A DNA stretch of 64,000 nt from Hydrogenophilales bacterium CG_4_10_14_3_um_filter_63_21 (GTDB taxonomy: Bacteria > Pseudomonadota > Gammaproteobacteria > Burkholderiales > Thiobacillaceae): assembly GCA_002784045.1 (NCBI GenBank), contig PFJX01000113.1, positions 2,619 to 66,618 on the forward strand, in the 5' to 3' direction. Both the position numbers and the translations under genes were made by a program. Positions 62,930 to 64,000 of this stretch are shown here, piece by piece. The notes beneath the pieces are model-generated. The model did no database searches, had not been told where the DNA came from, and saw only the letters and a list, made by a program, of their open reading frames with translations. Positions within the stretch are counted from its first letter, which is position 1. The number at the start of each line of letters is the position of its first letter.

Positions 62930-64000
62930 TGCGAAGTTCGACGCTGCTCTTCTGCCTACTCGCGGCGCTGCCGATGGCCGCGCGGGCCGAGGTGGCGTTT
63001 TCGGGTTTTGTGCAGCAGAACACGGCGTTCAACAGCGACGGCGCCAATCCGGACGGGCGCCACTACAAGTGGTTGGAGGAGCGGGCGCGCCTTCAGGTGG
63101 ATGCCACGAAAGACGCCTGGCACCTGCTGGCGAAGGGGGATGTGGCCTACGATCATCTCGGTCGGCAGGGGGAGTCCGAGCTGCGCGAGGGCTACGTCGA
63201 TTACACCGCCGACGGCTGGGACCTGCGCATCGGCCGGCAGGTCATCACCTGGGGCCTGGGCGATCTGGTCTTCGTCAACGATGTCTTCCCCAAGGATCAC
63301 GAAGCGCTGTTCGCCGGCCGGCCGCTGGAATACCTGAAACGCGGGGTCGACGCCGTGAAGCTCGGCGCCTACCCGGAATTCGCCTCCTTCGAACTCGTGC
63401 TGGCGCCGGATTTCCGCGAGAGCCGCATCCCGGACGCGGGCCGTTTCCACCTCTTCGGCCCCCCGCCGACGGCGACGGAAAAGCCCGGGCAGGGCGAGTG
63501 GAGCCTGCGCGCCTACCGGGACGTGGCCGGCTGGGATGCCGCGCTCTATCTGCACCACGGCTTCCAGCGCACCCCGTCCATGCGGCCGAATCCGAACACG
63601 TTCTTTTATCCGGAACTGTCCATCTACGGCGCCAGCCTGTCCGGCCGCGCCGGCGAGGGGGTGCTCAGCCTGGAGGCCGCGTATTACGATTCCCGCCAGG
63701 ATCGCGCCGGCAGCGATTTCACAGTGCCCAATTCCCAGACACGCTTGCTCGCCGCCTGGCAAACCCAGCCCTGGGAAGACTTCACCCTCAACCTCCAGTA
63801 TTACGCGGAGCACATGCACGACTACGCCGCCTACCGCGCCGCGTTGCCGGCGGGGTTCCCGGTCGAGGCGCGCTGGAGCCCTACCCTGGGTTTCCGCGCC
63901 ACCCAGTTCTTCCTGCATCAGACCTTGCGCCTGTCGGTCTATGCGTCACAGAACACCAGCAACGGGGACACTTTCCTCAATCCCGAATTGCGCTACAGCT
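62929..64000 (+). CDS. Outer-membrane beta-barrel protein (DUF1302-like?), C-terminally truncated by the window edge
   Basis: Absent from the ORF track because the end is open. Hand translation from ATG 62929 (TGATG overlap) gives MRSSTLLFCLLAALPMAARAEVAFSGFVQQNTAFNSDGANPDGRHYKWLEERARLQVDATKDAWHLLAKGDVAYDHLGRQGESELREGYVDYTADGWDLRIGRQVITWG.... There are no stops to position 64000. Confidence 0.6.
   Translation, partial: MRSSTLLFCLLAALPMAARAEVAFSGFVQQNTAFNSDGANPDGRHYKWLEERARLQVDATKDAWHLLAKGDVAYDHLGRQGESELREGYVDYTADGWDLRIGRQVITWGLGDLVFVNDVFPKDHEALFAGRPLEYLKRGVDAVKLGAYPEFASFELVLAPDFRESRIPDAGRFHLFGPPPTATEKPGQGEWSLRAYRDVAGWDAALYLHHGFQRTPSMRPNPNTFFYPELSIYGASLSGRAGEGVLSLEAAYYDSRQDRAGSDFTVPNSQTRLLAAWQTQPWEDFTLNLQYYAEHMHDYAAYRAALPAGFPVEARWSPTLGFRATQFFLHQTLRLSVYASQNTSNGDTFLNPELRYS

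Overview
This is a visibly GC-rich chromosomal window whose gene content and synteny look like a betaproteobacterial sulfur oxidiser. I have no database access, so all family calls come from motifs and from remembered homologues.

Most of the window is housekeeping or ordinary energy metabolism:
- bepA-like protease, moaC, lolCD, comEC, nnrS, rarA, a SulP permease and nth
- a complete translationally coupled rnfABCDGE operon
- an ABC-F ATPase and a HAMP class III nucleotide cyclase
- mlaFEDCB, an ABC-2 pair, ibaG and murA
- glgA, ispB, tRNA-Pro(CGG) and tRNA-Thr(CGU)

Sulfur-relay genes are scattered through it:
- two soxXA pairs
- two DsrC/TusE paralogues with complementary cysteine loss
- a rhd-tusA-dsrE2 module

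Two blocks stand out as candidate undescribed systems.

(1) 37983-42014 holds an ECF sigma factor and a membrane anti-sigma factor. The periplasmic domain of the anti-sigma factor is a paralogue of two secreted DsrE-like proteins encoded divergently next to it, followed by a porin. The intergenic region carries two mirror-oriented copies of GGGAATAAAC-N13-CGTCTT, one facing each operon. These look like twin ECF-type promoters.

(2) 45231-64000 sits behind an IS3 transposase scar and an AT-rich junction. It is a one-strand, 17-gene block containing:
- a Tat-exported TtrA-like molybdoenzyme with its FeS subunit, but no membrane quinol-oxidising subunit
- a cytoplasmic polyferredoxin
- two TorD-like chaperones
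- a trihaem cytochrome c
- a coiled-coil outer-membrane barrel
- PKD and FecR-PKD secreted proteins
- its own moaA
- a second Tat molybdoenzyme with its FeS subunit
- an RND/MMPL exporter, a LolA-like protein and an OM barrel

Smaller curiosities:
- at least four sequence classes of GTAG-headed REP doublets, one read through as a C-terminal tail of rnfG
- three short tandem duplications that each span a stop codon
- a Met-rich periplasmic repeat protein and a Cys-rich small secreted protein
- a vapBC module

No CRISPR array, rRNA or intact mobile element was seen.
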